Positions 24,021-34,800 of a stretch of DNA of 64,000 nt are shown piece after piece. The DNA comes from Heteronotia binoei (taxonomy: Eukaryota). The stretch covers positions 6,324,001 through 6,388,000 of the forward strand of contig NC_083227.1 in the NCBI RefSeq assembly GCF_032191835.1, in the 5' to 3' direction. The position numbers were made by a program, and so were the translations under genes. Within the stretch, counting starts at the first letter, position 1. Every line of letters starts with the position of its first letter. Under the pieces are notes generated by a model. The model had not been told where the DNA came from, ran no database searches, and saw only the letters and a list, made by a program, of their open reading frames with translations.

Positions 24021-24672
24021 TAGTTAAGGGGAGGTAGCAAATGTTCCCACAGCACCGACAATCCCACTGGACAAATATAGATATTGAGAAACAGCAACGT
24101 GCATCTTGGATTTTATGGTTAAAGTGTGTAGAATTGATTTTATTGTATATTGTTTTTAGCATTCTATGTGGTTTCTAACTGTTGTCAGTCGACTTGAGCC
24201 CATTTGGGGAGAGCGGGCAGGGCCGGTGCTAGACTTCCTGGCACCCTAAGCGAATCATCCACTAGCGCCCCTCCCCCTATTAAAAAATATAGGGAAAATG
24301 AAGAGTGTCAAATTTGAAACTTCACATTTTTAATTTACTGATTTTATCAGTAAAGGAACTGGGGATGTTTAGCCTGGAGAGGAGGCGGCTGAGAGGTGAG
24401 AGGATCACCATCTTCAAGGACTTGAAGGGCTGTTCTATAGAGGATGGAGTGGAATTGTTTTCTGTGGCCCCAGAAGGAAGGACCAGAACCAACGGGTTGA
24501 AATTAAATCAAAAGAGAACATAAGAACATAAGAACATAAGAGAAGCCATGTTGGATCAGGCCAACGGCCCATCAAGTCCAACACTCTGTGTCACACAGTG
24601 GCAAAAAATGTTATATACACACATACACTGTGGCTAATAGCCACTGGTGGACCTGTGCTCCATACACTGTGG

Positions 24673-27639
24673 CTAATAGCCACTGATGGACCTGTGCTCC
24701 ATATTTTTATCTAAACCCCTCTTGAAGGTGGCTATACTTGTGGCCGCCACCACCTCCTGTGGCAGTGAATTCCACATGTTAATCACCCTTTGGGTGAAGA
24801 AGTACTTCCTTTTATCCGTCTTAACCTGTCTGCTCAGCAATTTCATCGAATGCCCACGAGTTCTTGTATTGTGAGAAAGGGAGAAAAGTACTTCTTTCTC
24901 TACTTTCTCTATTCCATGCATTATCTTGTAAACCTCTATCATGTCACCCCGCAGTCGACGTTTCTCCAAGCTAAAGAGTCCCAAGCGTTTCAACCTTTCT
25001 TCATAGGGAAAGTGCTCCAGCCCTTTAATCATTCTAGTTGCCCTTCTCTGCACCTTCTCTAAAGCTATAATATCCTTTTTGAGGTGCGGCGACCAGAACT
25101 GCACACAGTACTCCAAATGAGACCGCACCATCGATTTATACAGGGGCATTATGATACTGGCTGATTTGTTTTCAATTCCCTTCCTAATAATTCCCAGCAT
25201 GGCATTGGCCTTTTTTATTGCAAACGCACACTGTCTTGACACTTTCAGTGAGTTATCTATCATGACCCCAAGATCTCTCTCTTGATCAGTCTCTGCCAGT
25301 TCACACCCCATCAACTTGTATTTGTAGCTGGGATTCTTAGCCCCAATGTGCATTACTTTGCACTTGGCCACATTGAACCGCATCTGCCACGTTGACGCCC
25401 ACTCACCCAGCCTCAACAGATCCCTTTGGAGTTCCTCACAATCCTCTCTGGTTCTCACCACCCTGAACAATTTAGTGTCATCCGCAAACTTGGCCACTTC
25501 ACTGCTCACTCCGAACTCTAAATCATTTATGAACAAGTTAAAAAGCATGGGACCGAGTACCGAGCCCTGCGGCACCCCACTGCTTACCGTCCTCCACTGC
25601 GAAGACTGCCCATTTATACTCACTCTCTGCTTCCTATTACTCAGCCAGTTTTTGATCCACAAGAGGACCTGTCCTTTTACTCCATGATTCTCAAGCTTTC
25701 TAAGGAGCCTTTGATGAGGAACTTTATCAAAAGCTTTCTGGAAGTCAAGGTAAACAACATCTATCGGGTCTCCTTTGTCCACATGTTTGTTCACCCCCTC
25801 AAAGAAATGCAATAGGTTAGTGAGGCAAGATCTTCCCTTGCAGAACCCATGCTGAGTCTTCCTCAATAACCCGTGTTCATCAATGTGCCTACTCATTCTG
25901 TCCTTGATAATGGTTTCTACCAACTTTCCCGGTATTGAAGTCAGACTGACTGGCCTGTAGTTTCCCGGATCTCCTCTGGAACCTTTTTTAAAGATGGGGG
26001 TGACATTTGCTACCTTCCAGTCCTCAGGAATGGAGGCAGATTTCAATGAAAGATTACAGATTTTTGTTAGAAGATCCACAAGTTCAACTTTGAGTTCCTT
26101 CAGAACTCTCGGATGTATGCCATCCGGACCCGGTGACTTATTAGTTTTTAATTTGTCTATCAGTTGTAGGACCTCCTCATTTGTCACCTCAATCTGACTC
26201 AGGTCTTTCAACACCCCTTCCAAAATTAGTGGTTCTGGGGCGGGCAAAAAGTTCTCGTCTTCTACAGTGAAGACGGAGGCAAAAAATTCATTTAGCTTTT
26301 CAGCCATTTCCCTATCCTCCTTCAGTAATCCTTTTACCCCATGGTCATCCAAGGGCCCCACTGCCTCCCTGGCTGGTTTCCTACTTCTAATATATTTGAA
26401 GAAAGTTTTATTGTTGGTCTTTATGTTTTTTGCAATATGCTCCTCATAGTCCCTTTTTGCCTGCCTGATCACAGTCTTGCATTTGATTTGCCACAGCCTG
26501 TGTTCCCTTTTACTAATCTCACTTGGACTGGTTTTCCACCGCTTAAAGGAGTCCTTCTTACCTTTTACAGCTTCCATTACTTTATTTGTTAACCACGCAG
26601 GCCTTTTCTTATGCCTGTTTGTGCCTTTCCTAACTTGTGGTATGTATTTTATCTGAGCTTCTAGGATTATAGTTTTAAATAGCGTCCAAGCTTTCTCAAG
26701 GGTTTTGACCGTATGTACCTTTCCTTTCAGTTTCTTCCTCACATGCCTCCTCATCTCAGTGTATTTACCCCTTTTAAAGTTAAACGTGGTTGTGGTGGTC
26801 TTTTTGGACAACTCCCTATTTATACAAACGGTGAAATCAATAACATTATGGTCACTGCTCCCAAGCGGCGCAATCACTTTTACATCTCTCACCAAGTCTT
26901 GGGCATTACTTAGGACCAAATCCAGGATCGCCCCACCCCTGGTAGGTTCTGAGACCATCTGCTCCATAGCACAGTCATTGAGAGCATCAAGAAACTCAAT
27001 CTCTTTCTCTCGACCAGAACACATATTGACCCAATCAATCTGCGGGTAGTTAAAATCACCTATTACAACACAGTTTTTACGTTTAGCCGCTATCTTTAAG
27101 CCTTCCATCATATTATAATCGTCCTCTCTCTTTTGATTTGGTGGGCGATAACAAACTCCCATAGTTAAATTTCCTTTTGGGCCCTCTATTTCAACCCAAA
27201 GCATTTCTAAAAGTGAATCTAATTCTCTGATCTCAGCCTTACTGGACCGTATATCCTCTCTGACATACAGAGCCACCCCACCTCCAACCCTTCCCTCCCT
27301 ATCCTTCCGATATAGCTTATATCCAGGAATCACCGTGTCCCACTGATTCTCCTCATTCCACCAAGTTTCTGAAATTCCCACAATGTCTATGTTTTCTCCC
27401 AGCACTAAACATTCCAATTCACCAATTTTACTTTGAACACTTCTAGCATTTGCATACAAACATCTATAATTTCCCAGGCGAGCTAGGCCCGCCACCTTCC
27501 TCCTGCCGCCTCGAGACACTGGCAGACAGTCCATATTGTTTGTCACCTTCACAGTGGACAACTCCGGTCCGTTACCCGGTAGAAAAATAGCAGCTAACCC
27601 TTCATCTCTTTGAGACGAGTCCTCCCGAACCAGAGACAT
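24673..27639 (-). CDS. CR1 ORF2: APE endonuclease plus reverse transcriptase (988 aa)
   Basis: LYANARS, GISETW and IGDFNYP endonuclease motifs; YRPVSLTS, YLDFQKAFD, GVPQGSVLGP and KFADD RT motifs; no stops. Confidence 0.97.
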   Translation of the reverse strand: MSLVREDSSQRDEGLAAIFLPGNGPELSTVKVTNNMDCLPVSRGGRRKVAGLARLGNYRCLYANARSVQSKIGELECLVLGENIDIVGISETWWNEENQWDTVIPGYKLYRKDREGRVGGGVALYVREDIRSSKAEIRELDSLLEMLWVEIEGPKGNLTMGVCYRPPNQKREDDYNMMEGLKIAAKRKNCVVIGDFNYPQIDWVNMCSGREKEIEFLDALNDCAMEQMVSEPTRGGAILDLVLSNAQDLVRDVKVIAPLGSSDHNVIDFTVCINRELSKKTTTTTFNFKRGKYTEMRRHVRKKLKGKVHTVKTLEKAWTLFKTIILEAQIKYIPQVRKGTNRHKKRPAWLTNKVMEAVKGKKDSFKRWKTSPSEISKREHRLWQIKCKTVIRQAKRDYEEHIAKNIKTNNKTFFKYIRSRKPAREAVGPLDDHGVKGLLKEDREMAEKLNEFFASVFTVEDENFLPAPEPLILEGVLKDLSQIEVTNEEVLQLIDKLKTNKSPGPDGIHPRVLKELKVELVDLLTKICNLSLKSASIPEDWKVANVTPIFKKGSRGDPGNYRPVSLTSIPGKLVETIIKDRMSRHIDEHGLLRKTQHGFCKGRSCLTNLLHFFEGVNKHVDKGDPIDVVYLDFQKAFDKVPHQRLLRKLENHGVKGQVLLWIKNWLSNRKQRVSINGQSSQWRTVSSGVPQGSVLGPMLFNLFINDLEFGVSSEVAKFADDTKLFRVVRTREDCEELQRDLLRLGEWASTWQMRFNVAKCKVMHIGAKNPSYKYKLMGCELAETDQERDLGVMIDNSLKVSRQCAFAIKKANAMLGIIRKGIENKSASIIMPLYKSMVRSHLEYCVQFWSPHLKKDIIALEKVQRRATRMIKGLEHFPYEERLKRLGLFSLEKRRLRGDMIEVYKIMHGIEKVEKEVLFSLSHNTRTRGHSMKLLSRQVKTDKRKYFFTQRVINMWNSLPQEVVAATSIATFKRGLDKNMEHRSISGY

Positions 27640-27668
27640 TTCATCTCCTGTCGGCTTTCCCCCAAGAT

Positions 27669-28577
27669 TTAGTTTAAAAACTGCTCTGCCACCTTTTTGA
27701 TTTTAAGCGCCAGCAGCCTGGTTCCATCCGGGGACAAGTGGAGACCGTCTCTTTTGTACAGCTCCCGCTTGTTCCAGAAAGCATCCCAGTGCCTAACAAA
27801 CTTAAACCCTTCCTCCTTACACCATCGTCTCATCCACACATTGAGACTTCTAATTTGTGCCTGTCTCTCCTGCCCTGCACGTGGAACAGGTAGCACTTCC
27901 GAGAAGGCTACCTTGGAGGTCCTGGCCTTAAGTCTCCCGCCTAGCAGCCTAAATTTTTCCTCCAGGACCTCACGACTGCATTTCCCCACATCGTTGGTGC
28001 CAACATGCACCACGACCACAGGCTCCTCCCCAGCACTGTCTATCAGTCTATCTACTACACGCGTAATGTCCGCTACCTTCGCACCAGGCAGGCAAGTCAC
28101 CATACGGTCAGTACGCGGTTTCGCCACCCGGCTGTCTACTTGCCTAATGATCGAATCACCAACTACCAATACCCCCCCTCTCCCCCTGCTCAGGGATGGT
28201 TCCTTGGCGCGAAAGGATTCCCGCTCACCGACCGAAGAAGAGGTCCCTTCTGAGGGCGCATTCCCCTTATCCTCAGCACGGTGCCCTGTTCCCTCTCGAC
28301 CCTCACGCTCTCTGGCAGCAACGGGGCTGCTACGTTCAGAGCGGGGCTCATCTAATACGCCCCCGAGAGTCTTCCCCAAGTGCCTAACTGACCGTCTCTG
28401 CTTCTCCAGGGCAGTCACCTCGGCCTCAAGGGTACGAACTCGTTCCCTGAGGACCAGGAGCTCCTTGCATCGAGCACACACCCAAGACTTCTGTCCTTTG
28501 GGCAGATAGTCATACATGTGACACTCAGTGCAAAACACTGGAAAGCCCCCAACCCCCTGCTGGCATTCTATCTTCAT
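27669..28577 (-). CDS. CR1 ORF1: zinc finger, coiled coil and SGNH esterase (302 aa)
   Basis: CxxC...CxxC, heptad LRERVRTLEAEVTALE, and SGNH blocks VGDS, LPGA, HVGTND and DGLH. Confidence 0.95.
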   Translation of the reverse strand: MKIECQQGVGGFPVFCTECHMYDYLPKGQKSWVCARCKELLVLRERVRTLEAEVTALEKQRRSVRHLGKTLGGVLDEPRSERSSPVAAREREGREGTGHRAEDKGNAPSEGTSSSVGERESFRAKEPSLSRGRGGVLVVGDSIIRQVDSRVAKPRTDRMVTCLPGAKVADITRVVDRLIDSAGEEPVVVVHVGTNDVGKCSREVLEEKFRLLGGRLKARTSKVAFSEVLPVPRAGQERQAQIRSLNVWMRRWCKEEGFKFVRHWDAFWNKRELYKRDGLHLSPDGTRLLALKIKKVAEQFLN

Positions 28578-29207
28578 TGTATATATATATATTAAAATAT
28601 ACAGTCCTCTTTAAATGCTGTTTAAGTGGCTCCCCTTCTGGCGGGTCAACTTACCTAAACTTACCTTATTGGGAACTTACCTTATTTGGAGAACAAGGAA
28701 GCCAGGGATCTGGGTTCCTGCTCCTTAGAGTTTCCAACGCAACCTTAGGAAGAACTTCCTGACGGTTAGAGCAGTTCCTCAATGGAACAGGCTTCCTTGG
28801 GAGGCGGTGGGCTCTCCTTCCTTGGAGGTGACCAAAGATTTTTAATTTTAATTTTTTAAAAAATGCAATATGTTATAAAAAAAGCTTGTGAGAATAAGTT
28901 CTTGCCGGCCACACCAGGAAAGAGGGTGGCGGGATAGGATGAGGTGGGAGGCCAAGTCACACATCGGGGAGAGGGGGGTGGCTTGGCTTTGTTGAGGGCA
29001 GCTTGGTGATGGGAGAAGACAAGGTGACAGCGGTCAGAAGCCAGAGTCATGCGTCTGGGAGGGAGCATCCAGTGGTGTCCCCAGGCCAGTTGGCACCCTA
29101 GGCAACTGTCTACTTTGCCTACTCCCATGCACCGGCCCTGGGGGCAGGATATAAATCTGATTAAATATCAAAGATTTCAGGTTTTCACGGCTGGTAACAT
29201 CATTAGG

Positions 29208-29427
29208 GTTTGTAGAATCTTTCGGGCTCAAGTGCCGTGTTCTACTGGAGAAATAGCAGCTCTCCAGCAGCCCTGGCCTCATTCAATGCACAGCAGCCAA
29301 GAAGGTCAGAGCGCCTGCTCCGGCTGCAACGCCACTGAGGATGTTCTCCGCAGCTGAGAACGAAACGTCTGAAAGAAAAACTTTCTCCAGTAGAACACGG
29401 CACTTGAGCCCGAAAGATTCTACAAAC
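29208..29427. mobile_element. Compact Penelope-derived element with 46-bp perfect inverted repeats
   Basis: 29208-29253 is the exact reverse complement of 29382-29427 and encloses a hammerhead motif. Confidence 0.7.
29332..29372 (+). ncRNA. Minimal type I hammerhead ribozyme motif (Penelope type)
   Basis: ca-CUGAGGA-u-GUUCUC-cgcagcu-GAGAAC-GAAA-CG-UC^ug: conserved core, 6-bp stem II, palindromic ACGU, GUC triplet. Confidence 0.75.
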
Positions 29428-29816
29428 TCTGATTAAATAAATAAATATTTCCTTTTGTTTGTCCTGAATCTGCTGCCCAAGAGTTTCATCGGATGCCTTC
29501 GCGTTCTAGTATCTTGAGAGTGGAAGAAAAAAAATTATCTTTGCCAACTCTCTCCACCCCGTGCCTAATTCTATAAATCTCTATCATGCCCCCCCTTAAT
29601 TGTCTCTTTTCTAAACTTAAAAGCTCCAGACTCAGTATTTCCTCCTAGGGAAGGTGCTCCGATCCTCTGATCATCTTGGACATACGGACATATGAAGCTG
29701 CCTTATACTGAATCAGACCCTCGGTCCATCAAGGTCAGTATTGTCTACTCAGACTGGCAGCGGCTCTCCAGGGTCTCAAGCTGAGGTTTTTTCACGCCTA
29801 TTTGCTTGCCCTATGC

Positions 29817-30431
29817 CAGGGGTGTTGAACCCATTTATGAGGCCAGATCTGACATAAACGAGTCCTTGTTGGGCCGGGCCATGTCGGGCTGAGCTGTATG
29901 TGTACCTATTTTAAGACTAGGTAGCAGAGATATGAACTTTATAAAGGACACAGACAAATACAATTAAAGATTTTTTAAAAAGAAAAACTTAAAATATGCT
30001 TAAAACATTAGCACTTGTTGGTGCTTAAAGGTGCTTTCTTTGTGTCTCTCACACGGGATCCAGGGAACTGGACAAAGGAAGCTCTGGCTCTTCCCTTCCT
30101 TCCCCGGGGGGTGGGTGGTGGGTGGGAGGGAGAGGAGCCTCAGCCAATAGAAGGGAGAGAGGCTTGGCTCAATAGCTCTGCTGCGCAATTCAGAGAGCCT
30201 GGCAAAGGAAGCTCTCCCACCACCAAAGTGAGGAGTCTCAACCGATGGAGAAAGTGGAGACTTTGCTCTGTAGCTCCTGTACTATCGAGCAAGCCTTGCT
30301 AAGCAAACTGCTATGCAGAAGGAAGCAAGAGAGAAAGAGAAGAAAGCAGACGGCAGCCAGTAGCTCGGGAGCCTGATAAGAGCCCTCCGAGGGCCTGATT
30401 TGGCCCCCGGTCTGCATGTTTGACACGCCTG
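29817..30431. mobile_element. hAT MITE; related partial copy from about 58326
   Basis: CAGGGGTG...CGCCTG ends with a perfect 8-bp TSD ccctatgc. Confidence 0.85.
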
Positions 30432-32257
30432 CCCTATGCTGTACTTTTCGCATCTCTGTGATGTCCTTTTTTTAAGATATGGTGACCAAATGTGCACCAC
30501 ATTCCAAATGAGGTCACACCATAGATCTATATAGGGTTATTCTGCCATCGACTGCTTTTCTTTTCAGTCCTTTTCCTGATGATCCCTAACACAGAGCTTA
30601 CATTTTTCACCCCTGCACTGGGTTGACATTTCCATTGAGTTGGCCACTGTGACCCCCAAGACCTTCTCCTCTCTCAGTCTCCCCAAGTTGCTTAAGAATA
30701 GCCAAAGTGGAAGAGGCCGGAGGCCTGTGGACTCTTTCTCCTGCCTTCACCAGGATGCCTCATCTCCCCCCCCCCCCGCAACTGTCATGTATTCCAAAAA
30801 ACACTGGGGAGGGGCTTGAACTGAGAGATTCACATTTCTTATATAGAATCACAGAGTTGGAAGGGATCTCTAGGGTCATCTAGTCCAACCCCCTGCACAA
30901 TGCCGGAAACTCACAAACACCTCCCCCAAAATTCACAGGATCTTCAATGCTGTCAGATGGCCCTCTAGCCTCTGTTTCAAAACCTCCAAGGAAGGAGAGC
31001 CCACCACCTCCCGAAGAATCATAGAGTTGGAAGGGACCTCCAGGGTCATCTAGTCCAACCCCCCTGCACAATGCAGGAAACTCACAAACACCTCCCCCCT
31101 AAATTCACAGGATCGTCACTGCTGTCAGATGGCCATCTAGCCTCTGTTTCAAAACCTCCAAGGAAGGAGAGCCCAATTTCATAGAATCATAGAGTTGGAA
31201 GGGACCTCTAGGGTCATCTAGTCCAACCCCCCTGCACAATGCAGGAAACTCACAAACACTTCCCCCTATCTTGGCTCCCCCTTCCCATAGCAAACATGCA
31301 TTTTTGGGATCCTGAAAGCTGGCCCCTCATGCCTCTTGTCGCAATTGGAAGGAAATTCTTAATACAGTTGGAGGACAGAATATCATGATAACCAGAGTGG
31401 TGTAATACTTAAGAGTGCACAGGGCTTTTTGTTTTGAACAGGAACGCACAGGAATGCAGTTCCGGCTGGCTTGGTGTCAGGGATGTGGCCTAATATGTAA
31501 ATTAGCTCCTGCTAGGCCTTTCCCACAAAAAGCCCTTTGGTGAAACCATAGTGAAATCAGGGGTGTGTGGCCTAATATGCAGATGAGTTCCTATTGGGCT
31601 TTTTCTACAAAAATAGCCCTGAGTGTGCGAACTCTTATCTGGGAAAACTGGGTTTGATTCCACACTCCTCCACTTACAGCTGCTGGAATGGCCTTGGGTT
31701 AGCCATAGCTCTTGTAGAAGTTGTCCTTGAAAGGGCAGCTTCTGTGAGAGCCCTCTCAGCCCCACCCACCTCATAGGGTGTCTGTTGTGGGGGGAGAAGA
31801 CATAGGAGATTGTAAGCCACTCTGAGTCTCTGATTCGGAGAGATGGGTGGGCTATAAATCTGCAGTCTTCTTCTTCTTGTATTTTAATTCTCAAGGTCAG
31901 AGAATCAAAAGAGTTGTGCCGAAAGTGGGCAAACTGTGGGGGATTCATTCTTTCCCACTTTCCCACTAAAAGTACCTACAGAAAGGGGTGGGAAGGGGAG
32001 GGATAGTCAGAAGAGCAGCTTAACCGAAGGGGCTGAGTGTGGTAAGGTGCGACCAACTACTCAGTCTGGTGGGAAAGAAGTTCTGATAAAGGAATTGCAC
32101 ACCCATTCATAACCAATTCCTGATTGGTGGTTTGGCTTCTTTTATGGCTCCCACTTAGACCTCTTTCTTTATTCCAACAGGAAGAAGCCACTGAACTCTT
32201 TAGGGAGTGGATGTAAATTCACGGGTAGACCAGACCACTTTCTAACAAGATCTCTCT

Positions 32258-32925
32258 CTTAGCTTGGAGAAACGTCGACTGAGGGGTGACATGATAGAGG
32301 TTTACAAGATGATGCATGGGATGGAGAAAGTAGAGAAAGAAGTACTTTTCTCCCTTTCTCACAATACAAGAACTCATGGGCATTTGATGAAATTGCTGAG
32401 CAGTCAGGTTAAAACGGATAAAAGGAAGTACTTCTTCACCCAAAGGGGGATTAACATGTGGAATTCACTACCACAGGAGGTGGTGGCGGCTACAAGCATA
32501 GCAAGCTTCAAAAGGGGATTGGATAAGAATATGGAGCAGAGGTCTATCAGTGGCTATTAGCCACAGTGTGTGTGTGTGTGTGTGTATTGGCCTCTGTGTT
32601 GGACTGGATGGGCCATTGGCCTGATCTAGCATGGCTTCTCTTATGTTCTTATGTGACACAGAGTGTTGGACTGGATGGGCCACTGGCCTGATCCAACAGG
32701 GCTTCTCTTATGTTCTTATGTGACACAGAGTGTTGGACTGGATGGGCCACTGGCCTGATCCAACAGGGCTTCTCTTATGTTCTTATGTGACACAGAGTGT
32801 TGGACTGGATGGGCCACTGGCCTGATCCAGCATGGCTTCTCTTATGTTCTTATGTAACACAGAGTGTTGGACTGGATGGGCCATTGGCCTGATCCAACAT
32901 GGCTTCTCTTATGTTCTTATGTTCT
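32258..32925 (+). mobile_element. 5'-truncated CR1-A with about 5 tandem 67-bp 3' units, inserted 10 nt before the last-exon boundary
   Basis: ORF2 C-terminus at 32264-32560, then repeats ending ttatgttct|attctggcag. Confidence 0.9.
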
Positions 32926-32935
32926 ATTCTGGCAG

Positions 32936-34800
32936 GGAATGATCAGAGCAACGGGGAAGATGAGGAATTTAATCCTTTATTGCCTGATGTAGTCCAAAAT
33001 GAAGACCTGAGAGGAGATGTCAGGAATCAAGGCAGACGTAAGAGGCAAAAAGGAAGCCATATGTTGGAGAAGAGGAATAAAAGCATTCCTTGCCAAGGGG
33101 GGAATCTCCATGAAGTCATTCACATGGTGGGAAAAGCATATAAGTGTTTAGAGTGTGGAATGAATGTCTCAGATAAAACCCAATATAATAAGCATTTGCG
33201 AATGCACAGTGGAAAGAAGCCCCATCAATACCCGGAATGTGGAAAGAACTTCCTTTGTAGAGCAGAGCAAATTAGACATCTAAGAACACATTCAAGAGAG
33301 AAGCCATATAGCAGTTCACTCTGTGGCAAGAGGATCTCAGAGAATTCAGACTTTGATCATTCAGGAGAGAAATTACTTATCTCTTCAGAGTGCGGAATGC
33401 TGCTTCCCGATGGGAAAAAGGGTAACATACACTTTCTAAAGCACAGCATAAGGAGATCCCATAAATATTTTTGGTGTGGAAAGGACTTCAAACACAAATC
33501 GCAGCTCCTTTTGCACCAAGGAGTCCACACAGGGGAGAAATCTTCTGAATATGTAGAGAGTGGAAAGAGATGCAGTCAGAGTGGCTTTCTTCAACAGCAT
33601 GAAAGAACCCGCACAGGGGAGAAACCTTTTGAATGCTCAGAGTGTGGAAAGAGGTTCAGTTATAGTGGCAGACTTCAACAGCATAGAAAAACCCATAGAA
33701 GGAACAAATCTTGTATATGTTCTGAGTGTGGAAAGAGATTCAGACATAGTAGCAGCCTTCAATATCATCAAAGAACCCACACAGGAGAGAAACTTTTTGA
33801 ATGCTCAGAGTGTGGAAAGAGATTCGGACACAGAGGCCATCTTCACCAGCATGAAAGAACCCACACAGGGGAGAGACCTTTTAAATGCTCAGAATGTGGA
33901 AAGAGATTCAGTCGGAGTAGCGGTCTTAAACGGCATCAAAGAAACCACACAGGGGAAAAACCTTTTGAATGTTCAGAGTGCGGGAAGAGATTTAGTCGGA
34001 GTTGCCATCTTAAACGACATCAAAGGTATCATACAGGGGAGAAACCTTTTGAGTGCTCAGAGTGTGGAAAGAAATTCAGTCAAAACATCGGTCTCCAACA
34101 GCATCTAAGAACCCACACAGGGGAGAAACCTTTTGAATGTTCAGAGTGTGGAAAGAGATTCCGTCAGGGTGGCGGTCTTCGTGAGCACCAAAAAGCCCAC
34201 ACAGGGGAGAAACCTTTTGAATGTATCGTATGTGGAAAGAAATTCTGCCGGAGTGGAGAGCTTCGGCGGCACCGGAGAATCCACACCGGGGAGAAACCTT
34301 TTGAATGCTTTGAGTGTGGAAAGAGCTTCAAGTTGAGTGACCAACTTCAACAGCATGTAAGAATCCACACAGGAGAAAGACCTTTTGAATGCTTAGAGTG
34401 CGGAAAGAGATTCAATCAGAATGGCCATCTTCAGCTGCATCTAAGAACCCACACAGGGGAGAAACCTTTTGTATGCTCAGAGTGTGGAAAGAGATTCAGT
34501 ATGAGTGGCAGTCTTCGATCACATCAAAGAATCCACACAGGAGAAAAACCTTTTGAATGCTCAGAGTGTGGAAAGAGATACCGTACAAGCAGCAGTCTTC
34601 AATCACACCAAAGAACCCACACAGGAGAAAAACCTTTTGAATGCTCAGAGTGTGGAAAGAGATTCACTACAAGTAGCAATCTTCAATCACACCGAAAAAC
34701 CCACACAGGAGAGAAAACTTTTGAATGTTCAGAGTGTGGAAAGAGATTCATTTGGAGTAGGAGTTTTCACAGACATCTACGAATCCATGTAACGGTGTAG
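32936..34800 (+). CDS. SCAN-KRAB-ZNF last exon: C2H2 array (15 intact and about 5 degenerate fingers)
   Basis: ggcag|GG acceptor in phase 1, [15 protein letters not shown] linkers, stop TAG at 34798-34800. Confidence 0.97.

Larger units (their letters stand above)
24517..28726 (-). mobile_element. Full-length, apparently intact CR1 LINE (family A), 4.2 kb
   Basis: Two open ORFs, a 3' hairpin and a (TTATGTTC)x3 tail. AGAG is duplicated at 24513-16 and 28727-30 within an interrupted CR1-B fragment. Confidence 0.95.
24218..29140. mobile_element. hAT-type MITE (CAGGGC...GCCCTG) split by nested CR1 insertions; intact sister copy at 57468-57871
   Basis: Left half 24218-24350 and right half 28830-29140 match the reverse complement of 57468-57871. 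Confidence 0.75.

Noticed and set aside
27697-28509. 270-aa plus-strand ORF
   Set aside because: Antisense shadow of CR1 ORF1 with no domain.
32181-32224. Possible small exon after attccaacag in the ZNF intron
   Set aside because: Stop codons in the phase needed to link the KRAB exon to the finger exon.
33560-34792. Alternative-frame ORFs (NAQSVERD repeats)
   Set aside because: Shifted frames of the zinc-finger repeats.
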